Source: Polyangiales bacterium
GTDB lineage: Bacteria; Myxococcota_A; Polyangia; Polyangiales; Polyangiaceae
DNA: 64,000 bases
Assembly (NCBI GenBank): GCA_038231275.1
Contig: JBBRLQ010000019.1
Coordinates: forward strand, 1-64,000
Direction: 5' to 3'
Both the position numbers and the translations under genes were made by a program. Shown here piece by piece: positions 32,695-43,161 of the stretch; the stretch's first letter is position 1, and every line of letters begins with the position of its first letter. The notes under the pieces were generated by a model, which saw only the letters and a list, made by a program, of their open reading frames with translations, had not been told where the DNA came from and did not search any database.

Positions 32695-33621
32695 ATGCTT
32701 CGCCGCTTCACTGCCTCGCTTCTTTCCATCCTCTCGTTCGCCGGAGCGCTCGGGGCGTGCAGCTCCGCGTCGACGGGGACGTCGGGCGGCTTCACACCGA
32801 CCGACGGCGGCGCTCCGACCGACAGCGGTGGCCTCTTCACCGGCAACGACGGCGGCCTCGACCAGAACGGGTGCAGCGCGGCGTCGAAGCTCGTCTACGT
32901 CGTCTCGAAAGAAGGCTCGCTCTACAGCTTCGACCCGCCGACGTCGACGTTCACGCAGATCGGCCACCTCGGATGCCCGACCGGCGGACAGCCCAACTCG
33001 ATGGCCGTCGATCGCACCGGCACCGCGTGGATTTCGTACACGAACGGCCCGGTCTTTCGCGTCAGCACCAAGGACGCGGCGTGCACGCCCTCGCCGTACG
33101 TGACCGACCAGCTGGGCTTCCACACCTTCGGGATGGGCTACGCGTCGAACGACGCCGATCCGACGAAGGACACGCTCTACGTCGACGACCACGACGGCAA
33201 GGGGCTCGCGAAGGTCGACGCCCTGAGCGGCAAGGCGACGCTCATCGCGCCGTTCGGTGCGCCGCTCCAGGGCAAGAACGGCGAGCTCACAGGGACCGGC
33301 GACGGCCGCCTGTTCGGCTTCTTCACGACACTGCCGGCTCAGGTCGCCGAGATCAACAAGGCCACCGGCGCCATCCTCTCGAGCCAGGTTCTAAATGCGG
33401 TGAGCACCGGGAGCGAGTGGGCGTTCTCGTTCTGGGGAGGTGACTTCTACCTCTACACGGCGCAGCCCGTCGCCAGCGGCCTCCCGCAGAACGCGACGAC
33501 GTCGGACATCACGCGCTATCGCCCGAGCGACAAGAGCATCACCGTGCTGAAGAAGAACATCGGGTTTCGCATCGTCGGCGCAGGCGTCTCGACCTGCGCG
33601 CCGACGACCGCGCCGAAATGA
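32695..33621 (+). CDS. Lipoprotein, probable beta-propeller
   Basis: Lipobox LGAC; DGG linker; SMAVDRTG, ELTGTGDG, AFSFWGG, GAGVSTCAP. Confidence 0.75.
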   Translation: MLRRFTASLLSILSFAGALGACSSASTGTSGGFTPTDGGAPTDSGGLFTGNDGGLDQNGCSAASKLVYVVSKEGSLYSFDPPTSTFTQIGHLGCPTGGQPNSMAVDRTGTAWISYTNGPVFRVSTKDAACTPSPYVTDQLGFHTFGMGYASNDADPTKDTLYVDDHDGKGLAKVDALSGKATLIAPFGAPLQGKNGELTGTGDGRLFGFFTTLPAQVAEINKATGAILSSQVLNAVSTGSEWAFSFWGGDFYLYTAQPVASGLPQNATTSDITRYRPSDKSITVLKKNIGFRIVGAGVSTCAPTTAPK

Positions 33622-33690
33622 AGCTGAATTGAAGGCGGATCGAGGGCCGATGGAAGAGGTCGGGTTGACCGGGCTCGCGCGCGGCGCTAC

Positions 33691-34755
33691 GTGGATGCGG
33701 TGACGGCCGACGGTTCTTCTGCGAATCCCCCGCGCTTCGCGCCCAAGCCTGCGTGGCTCAAGGTGCGCGCGCCGGGCGGGGAGGCGTACGGGCGCCTGAA
33801 GGAGACGTTCCGCGCGCTCGACCTCCACACCGTGTGCGAAGAAGCGCGCTGCCCCAACGTGGGCGAGTGCTGGAGCGAGGGCACCGCGACCGTGATGCTC
33901 CTCGGCGACACGTGCACGCGCGGTTGCCGCTTCTGCGCGGTGACCACGGGCGATCCGCGCGGCGCCGTGGACGTGCGCGAGCCCGAGCACGTCGCGCGCG
34001 CGATCGCCAAGCTGGAGCTGCAGTACGTCGTCCTCACGATGGTCGATCGCGACGATCTGCTCGACGGCGGCGCCTCTCACGTCGCGCGCACGGTCTCGCG
34101 TTTGAAGGAGCTTCGGCCCGACATCCTCGTCGAGACGCTGCTCGGCGATTTCGGCGGGCACCTCGACTACGTGGACACGACGGTCGACGCCGCCCCCGAC
34201 GTGTGGGCCCACAACATCGAGGTCGTGAAGCGCCTGCAGCGCACGATCCGCGACGTGCGGTGCTCGTACGACCGCTCCCTCGCGGTCCTTCGCCGCGCCA
34301 AGGAGCGCGCGCCTTCGCGGATCACCAAGTCGAGCGTCATGGTCGGGATCGGGGAGACGGATGACGAGGTGATGGAGACGCTCGCCGATCTGCGCGCCGC
34401 TGGCGTCGATCTGGTCACGCTCGGGCAGTACCTGCGTCCGACGCCGAAGCACGCGAAGGTGGACCGCTACGTCGATCCGTCGACGTTCGAGCGGTTTCGT
34501 GAGGAGGCGACGAAGATGGGCTTTCTCTATGTCGCGAGCGGGCCGCTCGTGCGGAGCTCGTACAAGGCCGCGGAGGTCTTCGTGCGCGGTGTGCTTCGAC
34601 CGGAGGATCCGTCCGCGCACCTCGCGACCCGCCTCGCGGATGCCGTCGCTCGCGCCGCCGCCGCAGGGGGTGCCGGCGCCGGCGCCGACCAGCCAGGACC
34701 AGGCAAAGATCTGCTCCCGGTCACGAGCCTCGTACGCAAGCCCGAAGCTCGGTAG
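33691..34755 (+). CDS. lipA: Lipoyl synthase
   Basis: CEEARCPNVGEC, CTRGCRFC, GQYL, RSSYKA. Confidence 0.96.
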   Translation: MDAVTADGSSANPPRFAPKPAWLKVRAPGGEAYGRLKETFRALDLHTVCEEARCPNVGECWSEGTATVMLLGDTCTRGCRFCAVTTGDPRGAVDVREPEHVARAIAKLELQYVVLTMVDRDDLLDGGASHVARTVSRLKELRPDILVETLLGDFGGHLDYVDTTVDAAPDVWAHNIEVVKRLQRTIRDVRCSYDRSLAVLRRAKERAPSRITKSSVMVGIGETDDEVMETLADLRAAGVDLVTLGQYLRPTPKHAKVDRYVDPSTFERFREEATKMGFLYVASGPLVRSSYKAAEVFVRGVLRPEDPSAHLATRLADAVARAAAAGGAGAGADQPGPGKDLLPVTSLVRKPEAR

Positions 34756-34767
34756 AATCGGCGGACC

Positions 34768-35385
34768 ATGTTGGTCCTTCATCTCGTGCGTCACGGGGAT
34801 ACGGCGCAGAGCGCCGACGGCGTCTTTTGTGGAGACCTCGACCCTCCGCTCACCGACAAGGGACTCGGGCAGGCCGCACGGCTCGCGCACGCGTTGTCAA
34901 AGCTCTCCCTCACCGCGGCGTACGTGAGCCCGAAGCTGCGCGCGCGCTTGACTGCGCAGCCCACGCTCGACGCGACGCGGCTCACGCCGACCTTCGAAGA
35001 GGGGCTCCGCGAGATCGGGTACGGCTCATGGGAGGGGCGCAAGGAGTCCGAGATCCGGGAGAGCGAGCCCGAGACCTACCGAAACTGGGTGATCGATCCG
35101 GCGGTTCACGCGCCGCCCGGGGGCGAGAGCGGGTACGCGATCGCGGCGCGATCGATGCCCGTCGTCGAGCGCATTCGGCAAGCGCACCCCAGCGGGCACG
35201 TCCTGATCGTCAGCCACAAGGCGACGATCCGCGTGATCACGTGCGCGCTCTTGAACCTGCACATCGGCCGCTTCCGAGATCGCGTGGCGTGCCCGACGGC
35301 GTCGCTCACCACCTTCGAGTTCGGAGACCGCGGGCCGATGCTCGTTCGCATCGCCGACACCAAGCACCTGGAGCAGAAGGGATGA
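34768..35385 (+). CDS. Histidine phosphatase family protein
   Basis: VRHG, SP..RA, EIGYGSWEG, VSH. Confidence 0.9.
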   Translation: MLVLHLVRHGDTAQSADGVFCGDLDPPLTDKGLGQAARLAHALSKLSLTAAYVSPKLRARLTAQPTLDATRLTPTFEEGLREIGYGSWEGRKESEIRESEPETYRNWVIDPAVHAPPGGESGYAIAARSMPVVERIRQAHPSGHVLIVSHKATIRVITCALLNLHIGRFRDRVACPTASLTTFEFGDRGPMLVRIADTKHLEQKG

Positions 35386-36167
35386 AGAGAGCGGTCGCGT
35401 GCCTGATCCTGATGGCCGCGGCGCTCGTACTCGGCCTGGGGTGCGAGAAGGAGCGTGTCGGGAGCGTGGCGGGACCGCCGCTCGTCGCCGCGCCCGCGCC
35501 GCCTGAACGCCCCGCGACCTTGGAGCTCGTGGAGGTGCGCGGGAAGAACGTCGCCAGCGCGCCGCGAAGCGAGTCGATCACGTTGCGGCCGTGCGAGGAG
35601 GTCCTCGTCACCGCCGTCGCCGCAAAGGTCTCCGTCTTCGGGGAGGAGCTGGACGCGGGGGACACGCTCGTCGCCGTCGGCACCGGGTCGCTCGAGATCA
35701 CGACGCACCTCCCGTCGGCGAGGGTCGCGGTTGCGCGCGTCGTTCCGACCACGGCATGCGGCTCGGCCGGGCCGCTCGCGAAGCACGTTGTCCGCGCCAG
35801 CGCGGCGCCCGAGCTGACGTGGGCGGGCGGCAAGATGCACGCGCACCTGGATGTCGAGAAGGCGATCTCGCCGGTCGCCTACATGGGTCGCCTGAGCGGC
35901 ACCGTGCCCGTCGCCGAGCACACCCACCCCGACTCGTGGGAGCTGATCTGCGCGATCGAAGGGGCGGGCACGTTCCGCGTCGGCGGCAACGAGTCGCGCA
36001 TGGGCGCCGGGCAGTGCGTCGCCGTTCCTCCCGGCGTGAAGCACCAGTGGACGCCGGACGAGGGCACACGCCTCGAGGCGGTTCAGATGTACGTTCCCCC
36101 TGGTCCCGAGCAGCGTTTCCGCGCGCTCGCCGCGGCCGCTGCGGCTCCTCCGGACGGAGGTCGCTGA
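35382..36167 (+). CDS. Cupin-domain lipoprotein
   Basis: Lipobox GLGC; HTHPDSWE..G.G and PPGVKH. Confidence 0.8.
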   Translation: MKRAVACLILMAAALVLGLGCEKERVGSVAGPPLVAAPAPPERPATLELVEVRGKNVASAPRSESITLRPCEEVLVTAVAAKVSVFGEELDAGDTLVAVGTGSLEITTHLPSARVAVARVVPTTACGSAGPLAKHVVRASAAPELTWAGGKMHAHLDVEKAISPVAYMGRLSGTVPVAEHTHPDSWELICAIEGAGTFRVGGNESRMGAGQCVAVPPGVKHQWTPDEGTRLEAVQMYVPPGPEQRFRALAAAAAAPPDGGR

Positions 36168-36168
36168 C

Positions 36169-37212
36169 GTGCAGCGCGCGCAGCCGCTCGCGTCGCTCGA
36201 TGCGCTCCGGCGCGACGCGATGGCGGCGGTCCTCGCGCGCCCTCGGCTCGGCGCGTGGCTCGCGCGTCGGGATCGACGGCTCGCGATCCTGGCGATCGCC
36301 GGCGTCGCGGTCGCGCTCGTCGTGGCGTGCGTCTTCCCGATGGCGGCGCTGGTGCTGGCGCCGCTCGCGCTCGGTGTGCCTCACGTCGCGAGCGACGCGC
36401 GGTACCTCGTGCTCCGCCGCGGGTTGCCGCCGGGTGTGGTGATCGCGGCGGCACTCGGGTGTCTCGCGATGCTGGGGCTTCGCGTGGCCGAGTGGCTCGC
36501 CGCGGATCCGAATGCGTTCGGCGCGCGCGAGATCTTCCTCGGCGCGTCGTGGATCGCGGTTCTCGCCCTCCTCGGCGCGTCGACGTCGGGGCGATGGGCC
36601 CGCGCGCTCGTGGTCATGGGGACGGTCGCCGCCGCCGCCGCCTGGGCGCTGCGCGAGCCCGCGTTCGCCCGGCTCGTCCTCGCGCACGGGCACAACCTCG
36701 TCGGGGTCGCCGTGTGGCTCGCGCTCTTCCGCGTCGCGCGCCGCCCGATGGTGCCGGTCCTCGTCGCGCTCGCGGTCGCGACGCTCTTCGCGGCGACCGG
36801 CGCGCCGCTCCAGGTCGCGCGCGCCCTCGGAACCGATCACGCGCTCGGCATGACCACCGCCGACGCCGCCGCGACGCTGGCCCCCGGGCTCGCCGGATCG
36901 GCGGCGGCAGGGCTCGTCGCGTCGTACGTCCTCCTCCAGGGCGTGCACTACGCGGTGTGGCTCGGATGGATCCCGCAAGACGACGTGCGCGGCGAGGGCA
37001 CCCTCACGTTCGCGATGACCGCGCGTGGCCTCGTACGCGACTTCCGCCCGCTCGGCCTGCTGGTCATCGCGCTCGCGTGGGCCGCCGTCCTCGCCGGCGC
37101 GCTCGTCTCCGCGCGTGGCGCCCGCGACGCGTACCTGGCCGTCGCCTCCTTCCACGCTTACGCCGAGCTCGCGATGCTGGCGTACTTCGCCGTGGCGGGT
37201 TCCCGAAAATAG
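36169..37212 (+). CDS. Polytopic membrane protein with His motifs
   Basis: About 9-10 hydrophobic segments; GVPHVASD, HGHN, QGVHYAVW, FHAYAE. Start may be 36220. Confidence 0.7.
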   Translation: MQRAQPLASLDALRRDAMAAVLARPRLGAWLARRDRRLAILAIAGVAVALVVACVFPMAALVLAPLALGVPHVASDARYLVLRRGLPPGVVIAAALGCLAMLGLRVAEWLAADPNAFGAREIFLGASWIAVLALLGASTSGRWARALVVMGTVAAAAAWALREPAFARLVLAHGHNLVGVAVWLALFRVARRPMVPVLVALAVATLFAATGAPLQVARALGTDHALGMTTADAAATLAPGLAGSAAAGLVASYVLLQGVHYAVWLGWIPQDDVRGEGTLTFAMTARGLVRDFRPLGLLVIALAWAAVLAGALVSARGARDAYLAVASFHAYAELAMLAYFAVAGSRK

Positions 37213-37296
37213 GACACCACTGTCCGACGCATCGGACGCACGAAAGCCCTCTATTTCCAGGGAAAGCGGTCGTCCGTCCGTGGCACGCGCCTCGCA
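37212..37296 (+). promoter_or_regulatory. Enhancer-like palindromes plus sigma54 promoter
   Basis: GGACA-ccac-TGTCC (37212-37225), GTCCGA-cgca-TCGGAC (37222-37237), TGGCACG-cgcc-TCGCa (37281-37296). Confidence 0.65.
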
Positions 37297-37314
37297 GTGC
37301 ATGCCGAGACCACC

Positions 37315-37938
37315 ATGACCAACCCCTCCCCGACGCGCCTACGTGCTCTCGCCTTCGTTGCCTGCGCCCTCGGCTCCTTCGCGGCGGCCGGCTGCTCTGG
37401 CTCGAACGAGGCCGACGTCCCCGAGGACGACGTTGCGGTCGAGTCCGCGGCCCTGAGCCGCGCGGGGGTCTGCGATCAAGCGAACCTCGTCACCGAGCAC
37501 TGCTCGTTCCTCGCGTTCGGCATCCAGTGGAACGCGCCGGCGGGCCCGCGAAAGACGATGATCGAGCGCGGCGTGCGCTGGCTCGACATGGGCGTGCCGT
37601 ACTCCAAGTACCGTTCGACAGAAGGCTATCGCCAGGACTGCTCGGGCTCCGTGAGCATGGAGTGGCAGCTTGGCGCGAACCCGTCGACCGCGCAGTTCGC
37701 GCCGTACGGCCACGCGTACTCGTACCAGCTCGGCTCACTCGACGATCTCGAGCCGGGGGACGCGCTGAACCGCGTCGCGCCGCGCGGTCATATCGTCCTC
37801 TTCGCGCAGTGGGCCGACGAGACGCACCAGTCGTTCTTCGTCCTCGAAGAGGCCGCGCCGGGCAGGCTGATGCAGATCCGGACCATGACGCGGTGGGACG
37901 CGAGCAAGTACGTTCCGATCCGCAAGAACGGGCTCTAA
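37315..37938 (+). CDS. NlpC/P60-like (papain-fold) hydrolase lipoprotein
   Basis: Lipobox AAGC; VPY, YRQDCSG, LEPGDAL, GHIVLF. Confidence 0.78.
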   Translation: MTNPSPTRLRALAFVACALGSFAAAGCSGSNEADVPEDDVAVESAALSRAGVCDQANLVTEHCSFLAFGIQWNAPAGPRKTMIERGVRWLDMGVPYSKYRSTEGYRQDCSGSVSMEWQLGANPSTAQFAPYGHAYSYQLGSLDDLEPGDALNRVAPRGHIVLFAQWADETHQSFFVLEEAAPGRLMQIRTMTRWDASKYVPIRKNGL

Positions 37939-37973
37939 GGCGAGGTGTCTGTTGAAGCAGGAGCTCGCCCGCC

Positions 37974-39350
37974 ATGGTACGTTTTGCAGAGGTGAACGGA
38001 TTCGATCGCACCAAGGCCGATCCGCGCGTCGCGGCGCTCCGTGTTCGCGAAGCGTCGATCGATCTGGGCACTTCGCCGGTCGTTCGCGTGCGCGTCGAAG
38101 GCACCGCAGCGGTGGTCGTGGGGAGCGGCGAGAACTGCGACCTTCGCATCACGGACGACGAGACCGTGTCGCGTCAGCACGCGCGCTTCCTACTGACCGA
38201 GGGTGGCCTCTTGGTGGTCGACGAGGGGAGCCGCAACGGGACGTGGATCGGCCCGGTCCGCGTGCAGCGGGCCACGGTGTCGGAGGACACGCGCGTCCGC
38301 GTCGGCAACACGACCCTCGCCGTTCGCATCGACGAGGTGGAGAAAGACATTCCGCTCAGCCGTCGCACGCGCATGGGCGACGCGATCGGGTTCTCGCCGG
38401 AGATGCGCCACGTCTTTTCGCTCCTCGAGCGGGCGGCGGCCACCGAGGTGACGGTGTTACTGGAGGGCGAGAGCGGCGTCGGCAAGGAGGTGCTCACGCG
38501 CGCGCTCCACGCGTTTTCGCCGCGCAAAGACGGGCCCCTCGTCACCATCGACTGCGGCGCGATTCCGCGCGATCTCGTCGAGAGCGAGCTGTTCGGCCAT
38601 GAGCGCGGCGCGTTCACCGGCGCCGGGCAGGCGCGCATCGGATTGTTCGAACAGGCCGACGGCGGAACCATCTTCCTCGACGAGATCGGCGAGCTCCCGC
38701 TCGATCTGCAGCCGAAGCTGCTCCGCGCGCTCGAGGCGCGCGAGGTCAGGCCGGTCGGGGGAAACGCGGTCCGGCACGTCGACGTGCGCGTCGTCGCGGC
38801 GACCAACCGCAACCTGGCCGACGAGGTCAGGCGCGGCACGTTCCGCCAGGATCTCTTCTACCGCCTGTCCGTCGCGCGCATGCGCATCCCGCCGCTCCGC
38901 GATCGCTCGTCGGACATCGACGTGCTGGCGACGGCGTTCTACCGCGAGGTGCTCCGCAACGACAGCGCGTCGCTGCCGCCCGACATCCTCGATCTGCTCC
39001 GCTCGTACCGCTGGCCCGGCAACGTGCGCGAGCTCCGCAACGTCGTCAGCCGCTACGCGCTGCTCGGCTTCTCGGGCCGCGCGCTGTTCGACGATCAATC
39101 GCCGGACGCGCGCGCGAGGGGTGCACCGCCCGCCGAAGGGGCCGCGGACTGGCAGGGGCGGCCGTACCACCAGGCGCGCCAGGTCGTTCTCGATCGCTTC
39201 GAGGTCGAGTTCACGAAGGACGCCATCGGCCGGGCCAACGGCGTCATGCTCCGCGCCGCCGAGCTCGCGGGGATGGCCCGTTCGAGCTTCTATCGGCTCG
39301 TCGAGAAGCACGGGATCCGCGACGCGCAAGATCCCGACGCCGACAAGTAG
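37974..39350 (+). CDS. FHA-domain sigma54 enhancer-binding protein
   Basis: FHA (VSRQHA..GSRNGT), [25 protein letters not shown]. Confidence 0.93.
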   Translation: MVRFAEVNGFDRTKADPRVAALRVREASIDLGTSPVVRVRVEGTAAVVVGSGENCDLRITDDETVSRQHARFLLTEGGLLVVDEGSRNGTWIGPVRVQRATVSEDTRVRVGNTTLAVRIDEVEKDIPLSRRTRMGDAIGFSPEMRHVFSLLERAAATEVTVLLEGESGVGKEVLTRALHAFSPRKDGPLVTIDCGAIPRDLVESELFGHERGAFTGAGQARIGLFEQADGGTIFLDEIGELPLDLQPKLLRALEAREVRPVGGNAVRHVDVRVVAATNRNLADEVRRGTFRQDLFYRLSVARMRIPPLRDRSSDIDVLATAFYREVLRNDSASLPPDILDLLRSYRWPGNVRELRNVVSRYALLGFSGRALFDDQSPDARARGAPPAEGAADWQGRPYHQARQVVLDRFEVEFTKDAIGRANGVMLRAAELAGMARSSFYRLVEKHGIRDAQDPDADK

Positions 39351-39375
39351 CGACGCGACGCCCGTGCACGTTCGA

Positions 39376-40281
39376 TCAGAACGATCCCCGCGCCACGAGA
39401 CCGCCGCCGCCCGTCCCGAAGGACACGCTCGTCTTCGGCGTCGGCCAGAAGTAGAGCGTGGCGCCGGCCGCGACGAGCACCCCGCCGCCGATCAAGGAGA
39501 CCGTCGAGAGGGTCGACCATCGGCGCGCGCGATCGTTCGGATCGCTCGCGCTGGGGCCGCACTGGTCTGGGTACGACGGGCATTGCGCCTTCGCGTCGGA
39601 GAGCGCGCCGCTGGCGATGCCGGCGCCGACGACCCCGAACACCACGACGGCGACGCCGGCCCCTCCGACCACGAGACCGATCGTCCGCGTGGGCAACGGC
39701 TCCTTCTGCGCCCCTCCCGTCGGGCGCGTGAGGGGCTCGAGGGCAGGGACGTTCACGGCGGTCGTCGCGGCGTCACGGAGGATGACCGAAGCGCGGAAAG
39801 GACGACGCTCGGGGGCTTCGGCGGCGACGACGTGCGTACCGGGCTCCGCCGCGAACGGGACGTCGAACGACGCCGCGGCGAGCGGCGCGCCGTCGACGGT
39901 GACGCGCACTTCGGTAGCGCCGGCGCCGCGATGGACCACGAGCTTAGGCAACGCGGCGTCGAGGCTTGCGACGTGCGTGTCGGCGACCTTCTGCCAATCG
40001 GCGCGGCCGCGCGCCGCGGAGGCGCTGGACGCGCGCCGAAACGTTTCGAGCGCGAGAACGCGGCGTCCGCTCTTCTCGTAGCACCCGGCGAGGTTGAGGA
40101 GCGTCCCCGCCGCCGGCTCGAGCCGCGCGCTCTCCTCGAGCTTTGGGCACGCCTCCGTCACGCGCCCCGCGTCGAGGAGCGCGACACCCTCGTCGAACAG
40201 CGCGGCGGCGTCCGTCGCGCGCGCCGGCAACGCGAGGAGGACCGCCGCCAGACAAGACGCGATGGAGAGCCTTCCGGTCAT
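39376..40281 (-). CDS. Secreted TPR plus PEGA-like protein with hydrophobic C-terminal region
   Basis: Signal peptide; [28 protein letters not shown]-terminus ARGSF; ATGA overlap with the kinase. Confidence 0.75.
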   Translation of the reverse strand: MTGRLSIASCLAAVLLALPARATDAAALFDEGVALLDAGRVTEACPKLEESARLEPAAGTLLNLAGCYEKSGRRVLALETFRRASSASAARGRADWQKVADTHVASLDAALPKLVVHRGAGATEVRVTVDGAPLAAASFDVPFAAEPGTHVVAAEAPERRPFRASVILRDAATTAVNVPALEPLTRPTGGAQKEPLPTRTIGLVVGGAGVAVVVFGVVGAGIASGALSDAKAQCPSYPDQCGPSASDPNDRARRWSTLSTVSLIGGGVLVAAGATLYFWPTPKTSVSFGTGGGGLVARGSF

Positions 40282-41738
40282 CGCTCGTGGGTCAGGGCGC
40301 CGCCGCTCGACGCGCCGGGATCGGGTTTCGTCGAAGGGGGCGGCGGCGGCCGGACCGTCGGCCTCTTCACCGTCGGGCGCGGCGTCACGACGGCAGCCTG
40401 CGAGCTCGAGGGCGTCGCGAGCGGCGTCGACGTCACGGGCGCCGGCGCGCTCGCCACCGCCGTCGCGCTCGATGCGGCCGTCGGCGAGGCAGGCTCCGAG
40501 GTCGCGCCCGGCGCCGTGGCCGGATCGGAGGGCGAATGACGAAGGCGCACCACGAGGAGGATACCAGCGATCGCCACCGCGGCGGCGAGCGCGATCACGG
40601 CGCCGATCCGCACGGGAGCGACGGGAAAGGACGCCGCCGGAGCGACGACCGGCGACACGCCGGAGGCCCCTCCGAGCAGGACCGCGGTCCGCGCGAGGGC
40701 GTGAGCTTGCCGCGCGCGCGCATCGGGCTGCGGCGTCATCCGCATGGTCGCCGAGGATGGGGCGGTGCTCGCCATCACCGGAGCGAGCAACGTCGGGGTG
40801 ATCGGCGCGGTCATGCTGGACACCTGCCGCCGCGTCGGCGGAGCGGTCTCGGCGGGTCGGTGCGAGGCCTGCAGGTGCTTCAATCGTTCGACGACGTCCG
40901 CGAGAGCGAGCCTCTTCGTCACGTCCTTCTGCAGGCACCCGTGCACGAGGGCGACGAGGTCCGGCGGCAGATCGCCGCGGTGCCGCTCGATGGGCGTCGG
41001 CTCGTGCGTGTACACCTTCACGCTCAGCTCGAAGAACGACTCCGCTTCGTACGGCGTCCTCCCGGTGAGCGCGTTGTACAAGGTGGCCCCGAGCGACCAG
41101 ACGTCGGCCTTCGGGGTGACGCCGAAGCGCGTGTCGAGCTGCTCGGGCGGCATGTACCAAGGCGTGCCGATCATCGAGCCGGTCGTCGTGAGCGACTGCC
41201 CTCCGAACGTCGTGCCGTCGACCTTGGCGATCCCGAAGTCGAGGACCTTGGCCGAGCGGCTGCCGTCGGGAGCCTCCACCACGAAGACGTTCGCCGGCTT
41301 CAGATCGCGGTGGATGATGCCGCGCGCGTGCGCTTCGGTGAGGGCGTCGCAGACCTCGAGGGCGAGATCGACGACGGTGGCGGGGTCGAGCGTGTGCTCG
41401 GCGACGATCGCGGACAAGCTCCGCCCGATCAAGTGCTCCATGACGATGAACGGGGCGCCGGCGCTCGTCCGCCCGACGTCGAAAATCCGCGCGACGTGGG
41501 CGCTCTGCAGCGACACCGACGCGCGCGCCTCGCGGTCGAAGCGCGCCACCGCCTCCTCGCTCCCGACCAGCTCCTGGCGCAGCACCTTGATGGCGACCGG
41601 CGGCCCGCCGTCGACCTGCCGGGCGCAAAAGACGATGCCCATCCCGCCGCGGCCCAAGACCGATTCGGCGACGTACTTGCCCCCGAGGAGCTCACCTTCC
41701 AAGCTGGAGAGCTCGGGGAGTTCGGGTTCGTGATCCAT
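40278..41738 (-). CDS. Transmembrane Ser/Thr protein kinase
   Basis: GRGGMG, VAIK, HRDLKPAN, DFG; TM then Pro/Ala/Thr-rich tail. Confidence 0.93.
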   Translation of the reverse strand: MDHEPELPELSSLEGELLGGKYVAESVLGRGGMGIVFCARQVDGGPPVAIKVLRQELVGSEEAVARFDREARASVSLQSAHVARIFDVGRTSAGAPFIVMEHLIGRSLSAIVAEHTLDPATVVDLALEVCDALTEAHARGIIHRDLKPANVFVVEAPDGSRSAKVLDFGIAKVDGTTFGGQSLTTTGSMIGTPWYMPPEQLDTRFGVTPKADVWSLGATLYNALTGRTPYEAESFFELSVKVYTHEPTPIERHRGDLPPDLVALVHGCLQKDVTKRLALADVVERLKHLQASHRPAETAPPTRRQVSSMTAPITPTLLAPVMASTAPSSATMRMTPQPDARARQAHALARTAVLLGGASGVSPVVAPAASFPVAPVRIGAVIALAAAVAIAGILLVVRLRHSPSDPATAPGATSEPASPTAASSATAVASAPAPVTSTPLATPSSSQAAVVTPRPTVKRPTVRPPPPPSTKPDPGASSGGALTHER

Positions 41739-41795
41739 CCGCGCTCTTGCATGCTAGCGCGGTGCCGGTAGACACACAGCGGAGTCCTTCAACAA

Positions 41796-43145
41796 ATGGT
41801 CGAGAGCCGAATGGGTCGTGGAACCGCGTGGGGTGCCGTCATCGTCGCGGTCGCCGTCGTCACGGCGTGCGGGCCGCTGTTCGGCGTCCAGGAGATCACG
41901 ATCGTGGACGTTCCCGACGCGTCGCTCCCGGACGCCCCGGCGGACGAGGCAGGGGGCGGGGGAGGCGAGGGGGGAGTCGACGGAGGCGTCGAGTGTGCGT
42001 TCGCGGCGGACTGCCCGGCGCTTGCGGCCACTCCTGCCGGGTGCGCCGTCGCCGACTGCACCGCGAGCAAATGCGTGTATCATGCAATCGACAAGGACCA
42101 GGACGGCCACCCGACGGCGCGTTGCGCGGCCACCGGGGGCGTCCGTGTGACGCTCGGCGACGATTGCGACGACACGACCGCGCAGCTCTACCCTGGCCAT
42201 CCAAAGGACTGTTCGGAGGGTCCTGACGGCGGCGTCATCACGTTCCCGGGCGGCCAGCCGGTCGGCGCCTGCACGTTCGGAAAGAAATCGTGCAACGGCG
42301 ACGGCACCGTCTCGGCGTGCGTCGGCGCGGTCGCGCCGGTCCCGGTTACGGCGTGCACGCCGGCGATCGACGAAGCGTGCACCGGCAACGCCACCGAGGG
42401 CTGCGCGTGCACCACCGGACAGACGACTCCGTGCGGCACGTCCTCGGTCGGCGTCTGCATGAAGGGCGTCTCGACGTGTCAGGGGGCGAGCAACACCTTC
42501 GGCCCGTGCGTCGGCAACGTCGAGCCCGGTCCCCGAAGCTGCGCGGCCGGCAGCGACAACGACTGCAACGGGACCAACGACAACGCGGAGGCCGCGTGCC
42601 AGTGCCCGGGCGGCGGCGCGCCCACCAGCACCCGCGCGTGCAACACCCACCCGCAAGACGGCACCGGCGCGTGCGTCGCCGGCTCGCAGACATGCACGCC
42701 GAGCGGCTCGTCGTCGGATTGGTCCGGCTGCGCGGGCGACGTCGGACCGCAGGCCGAGCAATGCGACGGAGTCGATCGCGACTGCAACGGAGTCGCCGGC
42801 GTCAACGAGCCCGCCGATCCAGCGCCTCAGCCTCCGGTGTCGACGCTCGCGACCGTGAACTGCACCCACATCTTCCGCTGCCCCGCAGCCGGTCGGGGCG
42901 CGCTCTACTACCGCAACGGCGTCGGCTGGACGAACTTCGCCGGCACCAACACGGTGTGGACCGGCTACGCGCCGCAGGGCAGCTTCTCGGGCGGCACCGC
43001 GCCGCCCGGCGAATACCGCATCTCGCGCGACGGCTCGGGCACCAAGATGGGACCGGTCAGCGTCGCGTCGGCGTGCTGCAGCGGCGGCTGCGCGACCGCC
43101 AACGTGTACGCGGACGGCAACGGCCAGTTCTACACGCCGCCCTGA
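41796..43145 (+). CDS. Cys-rich lipoprotein with DCDD-type putative metal-binding repeats
   Basis: Lipobox VTAC; DKDQDGH..DDCDD..YPG, DNDCNG, EQCDGVDRDCNG. Start may be 41811. Confidence 0.8.
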   Translation: MVESRMGRGTAWGAVIVAVAVVTACGPLFGVQEITIVDVPDASLPDAPADEAGGGGGEGGVDGGVECAFAADCPALAATPAGCAVADCTASKCVYHAIDKDQDGHPTARCAATGGVRVTLGDDCDDTTAQLYPGHPKDCSEGPDGGVITFPGGQPVGACTFGKKSCNGDGTVSACVGAVAPVPVTACTPAIDEACTGNATEGCACTTGQTTPCGTSSVGVCMKGVSTCQGASNTFGPCVGNVEPGPRSCAAGSDNDCNGTNDNAEAACQCPGGGAPTSTRACNTHPQDGTGACVAGSQTCTPSGSSSDWSGCAGDVGPQAEQCDGVDRDCNGVAGVNEPADPAPQPPVSTLATVNCTHIFRCPAAGRGALYYRNGVGWTNFAGTNTVWTGYAPQGSFSGGTAPPGEYRISRDGSGTKMGPVSVASACCSGGCATANVYADGNGQFYTPP

Positions 43146-43161
43146 GGAGGCTCGAGGCGCG

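Noticed and set aside
41753..41767. Sigma54-like element upstream of the kinase at 41738
   Set aside because: Both half-sites are imperfect and it overlaps a TAGCAT -10-like box; ambiguous.
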